Shown: positions 1-9,858, numbered from the stretch's first letter. The stretch: 64,000 nt of DNA from Candidatus Cloacimonadales bacterium (GCA_963678315.1 OY782781.1:896001-960000), one strand, 5' to 3'. The notes: generated from the sequence alone by a model not told the origin. Translations and numbers: made by a program.

Positions 1-648
1 AGAAATGAACACCAGCTTATGGACGAACATCTTAAAGATTTAGGAATAAAATTAGATATCAATTCTAAGTATGTTAAAATCTTCAACATGGAAGAAGGTA
101 ACTTTGTAATTAGAAAGGTTGATTCTTGGAAGAATGATAAGCTGATAGTTCTAGTATATAACTTCTTGGATTTAGTTGCTCATCATCGTTCAAGAGATCA
201 GATTCTTCAAGAAGCTATCCCAGATGAAAAAGCTTTGCGTAACTTCACTAAACATTGGTTTGTTCATTCTCCTTTCTATGAAGCATTGAAAGCTATTTCG
301 AAACAGGGCGCAAATGTTGTTATAACTACAGACCATGGGTCTATAAAAGTTAATAGAGCAAGTCAAGTTATTGGAGATAAAGATACAACACTTACTGTTC
401 GTTATAAAGAAGGAAAGAACTTATCCTGTAATGAAAAGCAAGCTTTCTTTATTAAAGAACCTCAAGAATATGGTTTGCCAGCTAAGAATATTGTAGATAA
501 CTATATCTTCGCTAAAGATGATTATTACTTTGTATATCCTAATTCTTACCATACTTACCAGAAAAAATATAATGGAACCTTCCAACATGGTGGAGTCTCT
601 ATGCAAGAAATGATTCTTCCTGTTAGCGTTGGAAGAGCTAAGAAATAA
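1..648 (+). CDS. PglZ/alkaline-phosphatase-like domain protein, C-terminal part of a PorX-like response regulator (5' truncated by window)
   Basis: Motifs VYNFLDLVAH, VVITTDHGS, RYKEGKNL and FQHGGVSMQEMILP are typical of the PorX PglZ domain; it lies upstream of tsaE as in Bacteroidota; the frame is open from base 1. Confidence 0.8.
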   Translation, partial: RNEHQLMDEHLKDLGIKLDINSKYVKIFNMEEGNFVIRKVDSWKNDKLIVLVYNFLDLVAHHRSRDQILQEAIPDEKALRNFTKHWFVHSPFYEALKAISKQGANVVITTDHGSIKVNRASQVIGDKDTTLTVRYKEGKNLSCNEKQAFFIKEPQEYGLPAKNIVDNYIFAKDDYYFVYPNSYHTYQKKYNGTFQHGGVSMQEMILPVSVGRAKK

Positions 649-726
649 TCTAAAGACAATTTAACATATATAAGGAAGTGGTGTGGGCTTCTCTGCACCT
701 CTTCTTAATCAATTAAAGAGATAACA

Positions 727-1158
727 ATGAAGAAAGAGATAATACTGCCTAATGTAGAAGCAAGCATTGCTTTCGCTGAAAAGATGGCTGAAACAGTAAA
801 GAAAGGCGATGTCTTCATGCTTTATGGTGAACTTGGAGCAGGCAAAACCTTCTTTGTGAATAAGCTGTGTAAGAAGATAGGGGTAACTGAGGTCGTTAGT
901 AGTCCTTCTTATGTTCTACTGAATGAATATGATGCTAAAGATTTTCTAGTATATCACTTAGATTTATATAGATTAGGAAGTGAAGAAGAGATCTATGAAC
1001 TAGGCATCTTGGATTTTATAGATACAGGAATTACTTTCGTTGAATGGCCAGAAATAGCTGAAGAAATGTTGCCTGAAGAAAGGGTTGAGTTATATTTTGA
1101 GTATGTAGAAGACTATCGTAAAGTAACTATTATAGACAGGAGAAAGAATGGAGCTTAA
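727..1158 (+). CDS. tsaE: tRNA threonylcarbamoyladenosine biosynthesis ATPase TsaE
   Basis: GELGAGKT P-loop, SPSY, HLDLYRL, VEWPE. Confidence 0.95.
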   Translation: MKKEIILPNVEASIAFAEKMAETVKKGDVFMLYGELGAGKTFFVNKLCKKIGVTEVVSSPSYVLLNEYDAKDFLVYHLDLYRLGSEEEIYELGILDFIDTGITFVEWPEIAEEMLPEERVELYFEYVEDYRKVTIIDRRKNGA

Positions 1159-2995
1159 AAGAGGTCTGAAATTCCCAGAGATATTTAGCATTTCAACAGG
1201 GGCAATGATATCATCAGGTATCTTTATATTGCCAGGCTTAGCATACGCAATGACAGGTCCTGCAGTGTTCTTGTCCTACTTCTTAGCAGGTATACTGGCT
1301 TTTACTGGGGTTCTTAGTGTTGCTGAATTAGCTACCGCAATGCCTAAAGCTGGCGGAGATTACTTCTTTATTAATCGTAGCTTGGGTGCATCAGTAGGGA
1401 CCATATCTGGACTTCTTAGCTGGTTTGCTCTTTCCCTAAAAAGCGCTTTCGGTATAATTGGTATTACTTCTGTATTGAAACTATTCTTTACCATGTATGA
1501 CCCGCTTTGGGCAGGAGTAGCAGTATTGATGACTGCTGGATTTGTTATGCTTAATATTACTGGTGTAAAGGAAGCCGGTAAGTTCCAGGTAATGCTTGTA
1601 GTGGGCTTGATAGCGATTATGCTCTTCTATATCATTAGTGGTCTACCTAAAGTTAATATAGGTAATTTCGAGCCATTTGTTATCGGAGATACCAAGAATA
1701 TTATTCTCACAGCTGGTTTTGTATTTGTTTCTTATGGTGGACTTATCAAAGTAGCATCTATGTCGGAAGAAATATCTAATCCAACTAGGAACATTCCTCT
1801 AGGCTTGATAGCCTCTTTAACTGTTACCATGATATTGTATGTACTAATGCTGATAGTTACTGTAGGTATAGAATCTAAAGATATTCTAGCAGATCCTACT
1901 AACTTAACACCAATTGCTAAAGCAGCTCAAAATGTAACTGGTAATATAGGCTTTTACGCTATATTAATTGCTTCAATGCTGGCTTTTGTTACTACAGCAA
2001 ATGCTGGTATAATGGCAGCTTCAAGATATCCACTGGCTATGAGTAGGGATAATTTGATGCCTAAGTTTCTTGGTTTTGTTTCTAAGAAGTCGCAGACTCC
2101 AGTTACTTCATTATTAATTACTGGAGCATTTATTGCTTTAGCTATACTATTGCCTATTAAGATACTTATTAAATCAGCCTCTACAGTAGTTATTATGAAC
2201 TACATTCTTTCCAGTTTATCAGTTATTATATTGAGGGAAAGTAGAATTCAGAATTATAGACCTACCTTCAAGTCTCCACTATATCCATGGGTACAGATTA
2301 TAGCAATCTTTGCTTTTATATTACTCATATTTGATATGGGCTTCTATCCAATATTAATCAGCTTTGGACTAATCTTAATTGGTTTGATTACTTATCTTTT
2401 CTACGGTAGGAAGAAAGAACACAATGAATATGCTTTCTTGCATTTAGTTGAGAGAGTAATGAACAAGAAGCTAACTTCTTACAACTTAGAAGCAGAACTA
2501 AAAGACATTCTTTATGAAAGAGATGAAATAACCAAAGATAAGTTTGATAAGTTGATTGAAAAGGCTAATGTTATTGATATTAAGGACCACATTGAGGTTG
2601 ATGAACTATTTAGTATTATAGCTAAAGAGTTCGAACAATCACTTGATATTACTAAAAAGCAAATCCTTGATAAACTTAATGATAGAGAAACACAGAGTTC
2701 TACAGCTCTTACTCCATTTGTGGCGATTCCTCACCTTATTATTGAGAAGGAAGATTCTTTTAAGATACTTCTTATTAGAGCCCAAAAAGGTGTTAAGTTT
2801 TCAGAAGACCAAAGTGATGTTAAAGCTATATTTGTTTTAATAGGTTCTATGTCAGAACGTAATATGCATTTAAAATCATTATCTGCCATAGCTCAGATAG
2901 TACAAAACAAAGATTTTGAGCATAAATGGTTAGCTGCTGAAGGTAAAAAGAATATTAAAGATATAGTTTTATTAGGTGAAAGAGCACGATTCTAA
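1148..2995 (+). CDS. APC-family amino acid permease fused to a C-terminal PTS EIIA(Ntr/Fru)-like domain
   Basis: GAMISSGIFILPG, PKAGGDY and ~12 TM segments; C-terminal DRE..SSTAL..VAIPH with conserved phospho-acceptor His. Confidence 0.85.
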   Translation: MELKRGLKFPEIFSISTGAMISSGIFILPGLAYAMTGPAVFLSYFLAGILAFTGVLSVAELATAMPKAGGDYFFINRSLGASVGTISGLLSWFALSLKSAFGIIGITSVLKLFFTMYDPLWAGVAVLMTAGFVMLNITGVKEAGKFQVMLVVGLIAIMLFYIISGLPKVNIGNFEPFVIGDTKNIILTAGFVFVSYGGLIKVASMSEEISNPTRNIPLGLIASLTVTMILYVLMLIVTVGIESKDILADPTNLTPIAKAAQNVTGNIGFYAILIASMLAFVTTANAGIMAASRYPLAMSRDNLMPKFLGFVSKKSQTPVTSLLITGAFIALAILLPIKILIKSASTVVIMNYILSSLSVIILRESRIQNYRPTFKSPLYPWVQIIAIFAFILLIFDMGFYPILISFGLILIGLITYLFYGRKKEHNEYAFLHLVERVMNKKLTSYNLEAELKDILYERDEITKDKFDKLIEKANVIDIKDHIEVDELFSIIAKEFEQSLDITKKQILDKLNDRETQSSTALTPFVAIPHLIIEKEDSFKILLIRAQKGVKFSEDQSDVKAIFVLIGSMSERNMHLKSLSAIAQIVQNKDFEHKWLAAEGKKNIKDIVLLGERARF

Positions 2996-3110
2996 CGGCT
3001 TATAGGCAGAATTGCTTTTGATTACCATTAAAAAAATTAGATAAAGTTCTTGCCAAGAATCGCTCAATAGATTTTTTTGGACTGTAATAGAAAAATTAGG
3101 AAGGTGAATT

Positions 3111-3302
3111 ATGTCACGAGTATGCGATATATGTGGAAAAGGTTCAATCGTTGGTAACAACCGTAGCCACGCTATGAACGCGACCAAAAGAAGATTCTAT
3201 CCAAATCTTCATTCAATAAAGGCAGAAATTAAAGGCGAAGTTAAAAGCGTTAAAATCTGCTCAAGCTGCTTAAAAGCAAATAAAGTTAAAAAAGTTATCT
3301 AA
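3111..3302 (+). CDS. rpmB: 50S ribosomal protein L28
   Basis: [33 protein letters not shown]. Confidence 0.97.
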   Translation: MSRVCDICGKGSIVGNNRSHAMNATKRRFYPNLHSIKAEIKGEVKSVKICSSCLKANKVKKVI

Positions 3303-3352
3303 TAGTTTATTATATAATAACAATGACTAGTTACTAGTCGCATATACTTTTT

Positions 3353-3376
3353 AGTCCCATTATGGGACTTTTTTTA
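3353..3376 (+). terminator. Intrinsic terminator between convergent rpmB and radical SAM gene
   Basis: AGTCCCA/TGGGACT stem followed by a T-run. Confidence 0.75.
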
Positions 3377-3379
3377 TGC

Positions 3380-5023
3380 CTAGAAATATATATAATCTTT
3401 GAATACAATTGCTTTGGATTTACCATTAAGAATCTTTGTTGAGAATTCTTTACTTCTAGCTACAAAGAAAGCACACTTTTTTAGTTCCTTTGCTTTGTCT
3501 GCTAATCTATCGATCCATAACTGCTTTGCCTCAGTCTTTAAATCATCAAACACTTGGTTCTTATAAGCAAGGTTCTGAGAGTGATCTAAGCAAGCTGGAG
3601 TATTATTCTTTCTGCTATGGAGTATCCAATCCCAACTCAGGAAATCACTAATCTTATTCTCTTGTGCAGTACCAAGAGTTTCAATGAGGAAGCTATAGAA
3701 TAGCTCGAACTTTTTATTTAGATTATAGCTAGACATCTCTTCAAGGTTGGAGAAGCAATCAGCTAAACCTATAAAGAGGTCAACAGGTCTAGCAAAGCAT
3801 GACTTAAACTCATTTATCGTATTCTTAAACTTCTCAGAATTGTAGAAGGCATCGAATACATCTTCGAATTTATGTAAATATACAATATCTTCGAATGTTA
3901 GCCATTTATTCTTCAGAATCTGGTAAGGTGTTTCAGAATCATAAACTAGCTCATATTCTTCAGCTTTATCATGCATTTCTGTTCCAGAAAGAACCTTAAG
4001 GAAGCCTAATTGAATAACATCTGCATCTAGTTCAAGTAAATCATTAATTGAATTTAAATAACTCGTTTTATCTTCATAAGGAAGGCCTGCAATTAAATCC
4101 AGATGCGTATGTATATTCTTGATGTTCAGGAGTCTTGTGAGTTTATGCTTAAAGCTTGAGAAGGCATAATTTCTGTTGATTGCCTGTAAAGTCTTGTTAT
4201 TGGTAGATTGCACTCCAATCTCAAACTGTATTCTCTCTGGAGGAATCTTTTCTAGAATCTCAAAATCTTGGTCTTCAAGAAGGGCTGGATGAACTTCAAA
4301 ATGGAACTTTGTTTCCTGTTCAAGTTCGCTTATGAATTGCCAAACTTGTCTTGCAAAGACTCTATTAGCGTTGAAGCTTCTGTCAACAAATTTGATAATT
4401 CTAGGATTGCTTTTAAGAATTTCAGTTAATTCCTTTATGACTATATCAATCTGCTTGTATTGTAGCTTTTGGTCTGATCTTGATGATAAACAGAAAGAAC
4501 ACTTAAATGGGCAACCACGAGAAGCTTCATAGTAGATATACTTAAGCTTTATCCTATCTAGGTCTTCTCTGGTGTAAGGCACTGATTTATTTATAAAGTT
4601 ATCATTAGGAATATTAATGATGCTCTCTTCCAAGGCAAAATCAGATTCTGCTAGCCTTCTGAATCCACTTTCTCCAGCTCCCTGAATTATATAGTCTGGA
4701 GGAAAATTCAAGTTTTCCCATTTTTCAAAGTTATAACTTACCTCTGGTCCACCCAAAACTAAGACTTTTTCCGGATAAAGCTTTTTTAAATTTTCAGTTA
4801 AGAACTCTACAACTTGTGCATTCCAAATGTAGGTTGAAATGGCAATTATGTCTGGATTAGTAGCTATTATATTGGCTAGTATTTTAAACTTATCTGTGTT
4901 TATTGTCAGCTCTAAAATACTGATATTGTAGTTCAGACCAGCTAAAATGTCTCTCATATATAAGATAGCTAAGTTCGAGTGAGTATATCTTGCATTTACT
5001 GATAAAAGTGTTATATTTTTCAT
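3380..5023 (-). CDS. B12-binding-domain radical SAM protein (DUF4080-type C-terminus likely)
   Basis: N-terminal NARYTHSNLA/GGPEVS cobalamin-binding region; EASRGCPFKCSFC CxxxCxxC motif. Confidence 0.88.
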   Translation of the reverse strand: MKNITLLSVNARYTHSNLAILYMRDILAGLNYNISILELTINTDKFKILANIIATNPDIIAISTYIWNAQVVEFLTENLKKLYPEKVLVLGGPEVSYNFEKWENLNFPPDYIIQGAGESGFRRLAESDFALEESIINIPNDNFINKSVPYTREDLDRIKLKYIYYEASRGCPFKCSFCLSSRSDQKLQYKQIDIVIKELTEILKSNPRIIKFVDRSFNANRVFARQVWQFISELEQETKFHFEVHPALLEDQDFEILEKIPPERIQFEIGVQSTNNKTLQAINRNYAFSSFKHKLTRLLNIKNIHTHLDLIAGLPYEDKTSYLNSINDLLELDADVIQLGFLKVLSGTEMHDKAEEYELVYDSETPYQILKNKWLTFEDIVYLHKFEDVFDAFYNSEKFKNTINEFKSCFARPVDLFIGLADCFSNLEEMSSYNLNKKFELFYSFLIETLGTAQENKISDFLSWDWILHSRKNNTPACLDHSQNLAYKNQVFDDLKTEAKQLWIDRLADKAKELKKCAFFVARSKEFSTKILNGKSKAIVFKDYIYF

Positions 5024-5156
5024 GATAGCAAAATATTAAATTTCGTTAACTATGTCTATATAAAAAAAGAAATTAATAAAAAAAGTTGACACTTCGAATA
5101 AGTCTTGTTAACTTTGGTCTGATATAATGACTTTTTAGAGAGAAAAGGAGAAAAGA

Positions 5157-5867
5157 ATGAAAAAAATATTATTTGTTGTTTTGTTAGTGATTACTGTAGC
5201 TATGAGTGCTACAACTATTTATGATATCCAGTACACTACAGATGCTGGTAATGATGGAACATACCCTTCACCTATGGCTGGACAAGAGGTAACTGTTGAA
5301 GGTGTTGTTACAGCTATCGGTGCTAATGAGTATCAAGGTAACACAAAATTCTTTATTTCTGACGTTACTGGTGGTGCATGGAATGGTGTTTATGTTTATG
5401 ATTGGGACACTCCTGTTCAAATCGGAGACATGGTTACAGTAACTGGAGAAGTAACAGAATATTATGGTGTTACAGAATTAACTTATTGTGATGTTAATGT
5501 TATGAGCTCAGGAAATGTTACACCTAGTCCTATCATTATTACAACTGGTCAAATGTCTGCTGGCGAATCAGCTGAATCTTATGAAGGCTGTTTAGTTAAA
5601 GTTATGAATGTAGCTGTTACATCAGAAGCTGATGATTATGGCAAATTTTCTATTAACGATAACACAGGCGAATGTAAAGTAAACGACTTATTTGACGTTT
5701 ATCCTGAACCATCAATGGGCGACAACTATTCTTATATCATGGGTATGGGTCATTATGACTACGGCGATTATACAATCGAACCTAGAACTTCTGATGACTG
5801 GGCTTTATCTACTCCTGTAAGTAATAGCTCAAAATCATGGGGTAAAATTAAATCTATCTATAAATAG
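5157..5867 (+). CDS. Secreted protein with two OB-fold-like repeats and a C-terminal SWGKIKSIYK motif
   Basis: Signal peptide; TIYDIQ, GQEVTVEGVVTA, GDMVTVTGEVTEYYG and ESYEGCLVKV are OB-fold motifs of extracellular nuclease-associated domains. Confidence 0.65.
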   Translation: MKKILFVVLLVITVAMSATTIYDIQYTTDAGNDGTYPSPMAGQEVTVEGVVTAIGANEYQGNTKFFISDVTGGAWNGVYVYDWDTPVQIGDMVTVTGEVTEYYGVTELTYCDVNVMSSGNVTPSPIIITTGQMSAGESAESYEGCLVKVMNVAVTSEADDYGKFSINDNTGECKVNDLFDVYPEPSMGDNYSYIMGMGHYDYGDYTIEPRTSDDWALSTPVSNSSKSWGKIKSIYK

Positions 5868-5908
5868 AAATAAATAAGGCAAAATATACTATACTTTAAG
5901 GAGGTAGA

Positions 5909-6400
5909 ATGGCTAAATTTATTAAGAAAGTATTCTGGCTTGGTGTTATATCAGGTGTTGGATTCTTAGCTTTTAAACAGTATAAAAGAATTACTGCTAT
6001 TTCAAAGTTAAGTAAATCTTTACCAGAATTTTTGAACAATGTCTATGGTGAAAAACCAAAGGTGAATATTAACTATGTAATTAACGCAGTTACCATTAGA
6101 GCTGGGTTTACTCAAGAAATCATTGACGAAAATGAAGATATTCAATCAACAATAACTGAATACATCGAAGATTTCTACCCTGCTTTAAGTAGTCTAAAAA
6201 TGACTGTTGACGTTTTTACTACTGAAGTAACTAACACTGAAGATGCTAAAAAAGATCATGACTGTGATTGCGGAAATGAAGATTGTGACTGTGACGGTGA
6301 AGACTGTGATTGTGATGATCCTGACTGCAACTGCCATGACAAAGAGCAGGTTCAAGAGGATACTGAAGAAGAAGAAGAAGAAAAGACAGAAACAGTTTAA
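5909..6400 (+). CDS. Hypothetical membrane-anchored protein with Cys/Asp-rich C-terminal tail
   Basis: Strong SD (AAGGAGG), one N-terminal TM, four CxC repeats then a poly-Glu stretch. Confidence 0.7.
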   Translation: MAKFIKKVFWLGVISGVGFLAFKQYKRITAISKLSKSLPEFLNNVYGEKPKVNINYVINAVTIRAGFTQEIIDENEDIQSTITEYIEDFYPALSSLKMTVDVFTTEVTNTEDAKKDHDCDCGNEDCDCDGEDCDCDDPDCNCHDKEQVQEDTEEEEEEKTETV

Positions 6401-6429
6401 GTTATAATATTAATTAACTTAGATATAGT

Positions 6430-6462
6430 AAGAGTGTTGGATTTCCAACACTCTTTTTTTTT
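6430..6462 (+). terminator. Intrinsic terminator
   Basis: AAGAGTGTTGG/CCAACACTCTT stem plus T-run. Confidence 0.9.
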
Positions 6463-6464
6463 GT

Positions 6465-7000
6465 GTAAGCAACAGTTTTCGACTGTCACAGTCCCTGCTT
6501 GGGATTGAGACGTTTTGCCAAACGTCTCTACAGCATTCCCAGTTTACACAAAAGTTTACTCTTCTGGTTTAACCTGCAAAGTCGGAACGCCATCGTCCCT
6601 GATGGCTAAACCTACGAAAGTAGGTTATATATGAGATTTAAATATATGTTTAGTATATATTTAAATACATAAGCCGGCACGGAGGCCAGCGTTCCCAGTT
6701 TTAAACTGCACGGATAAGTCTTCTCCTGACTCAGTCACTGTTTGCGAAGTGGTTTTGGGTATGCAAGCAACCTTCTTCGACTGCTATTGAGACGTTCTGC
6801 CGAAGGTCTCTACAGTAAAAACACACTCCTTCCTTACTTGCCACCTTGAAAAATCGGACTTTTTTCAAAGAGACCCATAGGCATGAAGGTGATTTGGGTT
6901 AGAAGCTTGCTTACCCTCCATAAAAAATCGTAGGAGCGTATGGTATGTGCCCAAAAGGGTGTGAGCATCACACCTCTACAAGAGAAAAAACATAGCATAA
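6465..7000. repeat. Intergenic mosaic of REP-like palindromic modules (cluster A)
   Basis: 6465-6702 is a near-identical direct copy of 45871-46110; further hairpins are shared with the 28330-28640, 54350-54400 and 58430-59006 clusters. Confidence 0.85.
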
Positions 7001-7204
7001 GGAATAACTAATCCTGTGAGGATAAACTCTGCCTAAGATGGCACTATTGCTCCTATTCTAAAGTAAGAAATAGTAGGGGATTAAAGGAATTCCAAATATA
7101 ATAAATTATAAATGAAAAAAAGTCTTGACGTTTATAAGCCTATAAAAAAACATGATAGCATTTAAAATTGTATAATTATGTTTATTATAGAATAAGGAGT
7201 TAAT

Positions 7205-7495
7205 ATGGTTAAGCTTAGATTGAGAAGAATGGGTGCTAGTAACCGTCCATTCTATCGAATCGTTGCAGTTGATGCTCGTGTGAAAAGAGATGGTAAATAC
7301 ATTGAAAATGTTGGTTACTACAATCCAATGCCAGAAGAGGCAGAAATAAAAGTTGATACAGAAAAAGCTATTAAATGGCTAAGCGTAGGTGCACAACCTA
7401 CAGATACAGTAAGATCTATACTTAGAAAATGTGGTGTGTTAGAATTATGGCACAACCAAAAAATTAAGGCTAGACAAGAGAAAGCTGAAAACTAA
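7205..7495 (+). CDS. rpsP: 30S ribosomal protein S16
   Basis: [36 protein letters not shown]. Confidence 0.98.
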   Translation: MVKLRLRRMGASNRPFYRIVAVDARVKRDGKYIENVGYYNPMPEEAEIKVDTEKAIKWLSVGAQPTDTVRSILRKCGVLELWHNQKIKARQEKAEN

Positions 7496-7510
7496 GTATA
7501 GGGAGTGATA

Positions 7511-7741
7511 ATGAAAGACCTAATAGAATTCGTAGTAAAAGCTCTTGTAGATGATCCTAGTGAAGTGAAAATCACTGAGATTAATGGAGACAAAATCACT
7601 CTTTTTGAACTAAGAGTTTCAAAAGATGATATTGGTAAAGTTATTGGAAAGAAAGGAAGAACTGCTGGAGCTATTCGTACAATTCTAAATGCTGTAAGTA
7701 CTAAACAAGGGAAAAGAGCAGAACTTGAAATTATCGAATAG
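7511..7741 (+). CDS. khpA: KH-domain RNA-binding protein KhpA
   Basis: MKDLIEFVVKALVD..DIGKVIGKKGRTA; position between rpsP and rimM; ATG 7511 chosen from SD spacing. Confidence 0.93.
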   Translation: MKDLIEFVVKALVDDPSEVKITEINGDKITLFELRVSKDDIGKVIGKKGRTAGAIRTILNAVSTKQGKRAELEIIE

Positions 7742-8266
7742 ATGAACTTTAAAGACTTATTTATAATTGGCAGGTTGGGAAAAATCATAGTAGATGAAAA
7801 TGAATATCATTTCATAGCAAATGATAATTTTCAACTTGCTTTTCTAGAAGAGTCTGCTAAAGTATTTTTGATCTTTACAGAGCATAGAGTGTTTTTTGTG
7901 GAAATAAATGAATTTTGCATGAAGAATTCTAAATATTATATCTCGTTTAAAGACGAGGGTATATTAGAGGAATTCAAGAAAAATAATTCGTGTAAGGTGG
8001 CTGTACCTAAGGATGAATTCTATTCTCAGCAGTTTGAAGAAGATTATTCAGATATACTTGATTTTACTGCTGTAAAGAGTGATAGTTTAGAAACAATAGG
8101 AACAGTTATCGATTTTATTTATAATCCTAAACAGAGAATTATAGTTATAGAAGATTCTTCAGGGAAAGAGATTCTTATACCTGAAGTAGATTATTATATA
8201 GATGACATAGATTCTAAAAAAAGAGTAATCACAATAAAGAATAGCCAAGGTTTACTTGATTTATGA
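7742..8266 (+). CDS. rimM: Ribosome maturation factor RimM (divergent)
   Basis: C-terminal PRC barrel (IGTVIDF..GKEILIP..GLLDL); synteny rpsP-khpA-rimM-trmD. Confidence 0.8.
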   Translation: MNFKDLFIIGRLGKIIVDENEYHFIANDNFQLAFLEESAKVFLIFTEHRVFFVEINEFCMKNSKYYISFKDEGILEEFKKNNSCKVAVPKDEFYSQQFEEDYSDILDFTAVKSDSLETIGTVIDFIYNPKQRIIVIEDSSGKEILIPEVDYYIDDIDSKKRVITIKNSQGLLDL

Positions 8267-8937
8267 TAATAGATGTGCTTTCTTTATTCCCTCAAATGTT
8301 TACTAGCGTTTGTTCAGTCAGTATGATTGCCAAAGCAGTAAAGAAAGATAAATTAGAAATAAACTTACTAGATTTGAGAGATTTTGCTTTTAATAAGCAG
8401 AGACAAGTTGATGATTACCCTTATGGTGGAGAAGCAGGCATGGTTTTAAAGCCGGAGCCTATCTTTGAAGCTGCTAAATTCTTGAATTGGGAACATGTAC
8501 CAGTAATATATTTTACTCCACAAGGTAGAGTATTAACGCAGAGTGTTGTTAAAGAATACTTGAATAAGCCGAGAATTGGGATTATCTGCGGTCACTATAA
8601 AGAGATTGACCAAAGAGTTAGAGACAATATCGTAACAGATGAAATCTCAATAGGCGATTATATTCTATCTGGAGGAGAATTACCAGCAATGGTATTTATT
8701 GATGCTTTAGCTAGGCTACAAGATGGAGTCTTGAACGATATAAGTTCAGCCCTGTCAGATTCATTTGAAGATGGATTGTTGGGTTCTCCTCATTATACAA
8801 GACCAGCTGAGTATTTAGGAATGAAGGTACCCGATGTCCTTACTAATGGAAATCATAAAGATATTCAAGAGTGGCGAAGAGAAAAGTCACTTGAAATAAC
8901 TCGAAAGAATAGACCGGATTTATTAGATGAAGAATAA
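8263..8937 (+). CDS. trmD: tRNA (guanine-N1)-methyltransferase TrmD
   Basis: VDDYPYGGEAGMVL, ISIGDYILSGGELPAM, PHYTRP. Confidence 0.97.
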   Translation: MIIDVLSLFPQMFTSVCSVSMIAKAVKKDKLEINLLDLRDFAFNKQRQVDDYPYGGEAGMVLKPEPIFEAAKFLNWEHVPVIYFTPQGRVLTQSVVKEYLNKPRIGIICGHYKEIDQRVRDNIVTDEISIGDYILSGGELPAMVFIDALARLQDGVLNDISSALSDSFEDGLLGSPHYTRPAEYLGMKVPDVLTNGNHKDIQEWRREKSLEITRKNRPDLLDEE

Positions 8938-9487
8938 AATATATTTAGGACTAGTGCACTACCCAGTCTATAATAAGTTTAATGAAACTGTTAAGACATC
9001 TGTCACAAACTTGGATTTACACGATATAGCAAGATCTTGTTTGACCTATGGTGTTAAGAAGTACTTTGTTATACATCCTCTAGAATCAATGAAAAATGTA
9101 ATTGATAGAGTAATGGGATTCTGGAAATCAGATGTAGCAAAGAAATATAACCAAGATAGAGTTGATGCTTTAAATATACTTCAGCATTCATATTCTATTG
9201 AGGAAACTATAAAACAGATAGAAAGCCAGGAAGGTGTTCTTCCAAAAGTAATAACTACAACTGCGAAGAGATTTGATAAAACAATATTGTTCAAAGAAGT
9301 CTCTTCAGAGATTCCTGCAGATCTACCTGTACTCCTATTATTTGGAACAGGAAACGGACTGCATGAAGGAGTCCTCAAATCTTCTGATTATGTTCTTGAA
9401 CCTATTTCAGGTACAGGAAATTATAATCATTTATCAGTTAGAAGTGCAGTTGCAATTATTCTGGATAGACTAGCTTCCGAAGAATAA
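8927..9487 (+). CDS. SPOUT-class SAM-dependent RNA methyltransferase (TrmD-associated family)
   Basis: [43 protein letters not shown]. Confidence 0.85.
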   Translation: MKNKIYLGLVHYPVYNKFNETVKTSVTNLDLHDIARSCLTYGVKKYFVIHPLESMKNVIDRVMGFWKSDVAKKYNQDRVDALNILQHSYSIEETIKQIESQEGVLPKVITTTAKRFDKTILFKEVSSEIPADLPVLLLFGTGNGLHEGVLKSSDYVLEPISGTGNYNHLSVRSAVAIILDRLASEE

Positions 9488-9498
9488 AGGGAGGAATA

Positions 9499-9852
9499 AT
9501 GGATATTATTCAAGTTGCAACAAAAGAGCAAGTTAGAACGGATTTACCAGAGTTCAGAGTTGGTGATACAGTAAAGGTTCACTATAAAATTAAAGAAGGA
9601 AACAAGGAAAGAATCCAAGTTTTCCAAGGTATTGTAATTCAAAGAAGAGGTGCTGGAATCTCTAAAACTTTCACAGTTAGAAAAGTTTCTAATGGTGTTG
9701 GTGTTGAAAGAATTTTCCCAGCTTCATCTCCACTTATAGCTAAACTAGAAGTTGTTCGTTACGGACACGTTAGAAGAGCTAAATTATATTACCTTAGAAC
9801 TGCTAAAGGTAAATCAGCAAGAATTAAAGAAAGAAGAAGATTTAGTAAATAA
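9499..9852 (+). CDS. rplS: 50S ribosomal protein L19
   Basis: [43 protein letters not shown]. Confidence 0.98.
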   Translation: MDIIQVATKEQVRTDLPEFRVGDTVKVHYKIKEGNKERIQVFQGIVIQRRGAGISKTFTVRKVSNGVGVERIFPASSPLIAKLEVVRYGHVRRAKLYYLRTAKGKSARIKERRRFSK

Positions 9853-9858
9853 AAAAAT

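Noticed and set aside
1..648. BREX defence system PglZ
   Set aside because: Motifs and tsaE adjacency fit a PorX-type protein; no brx genes in the window
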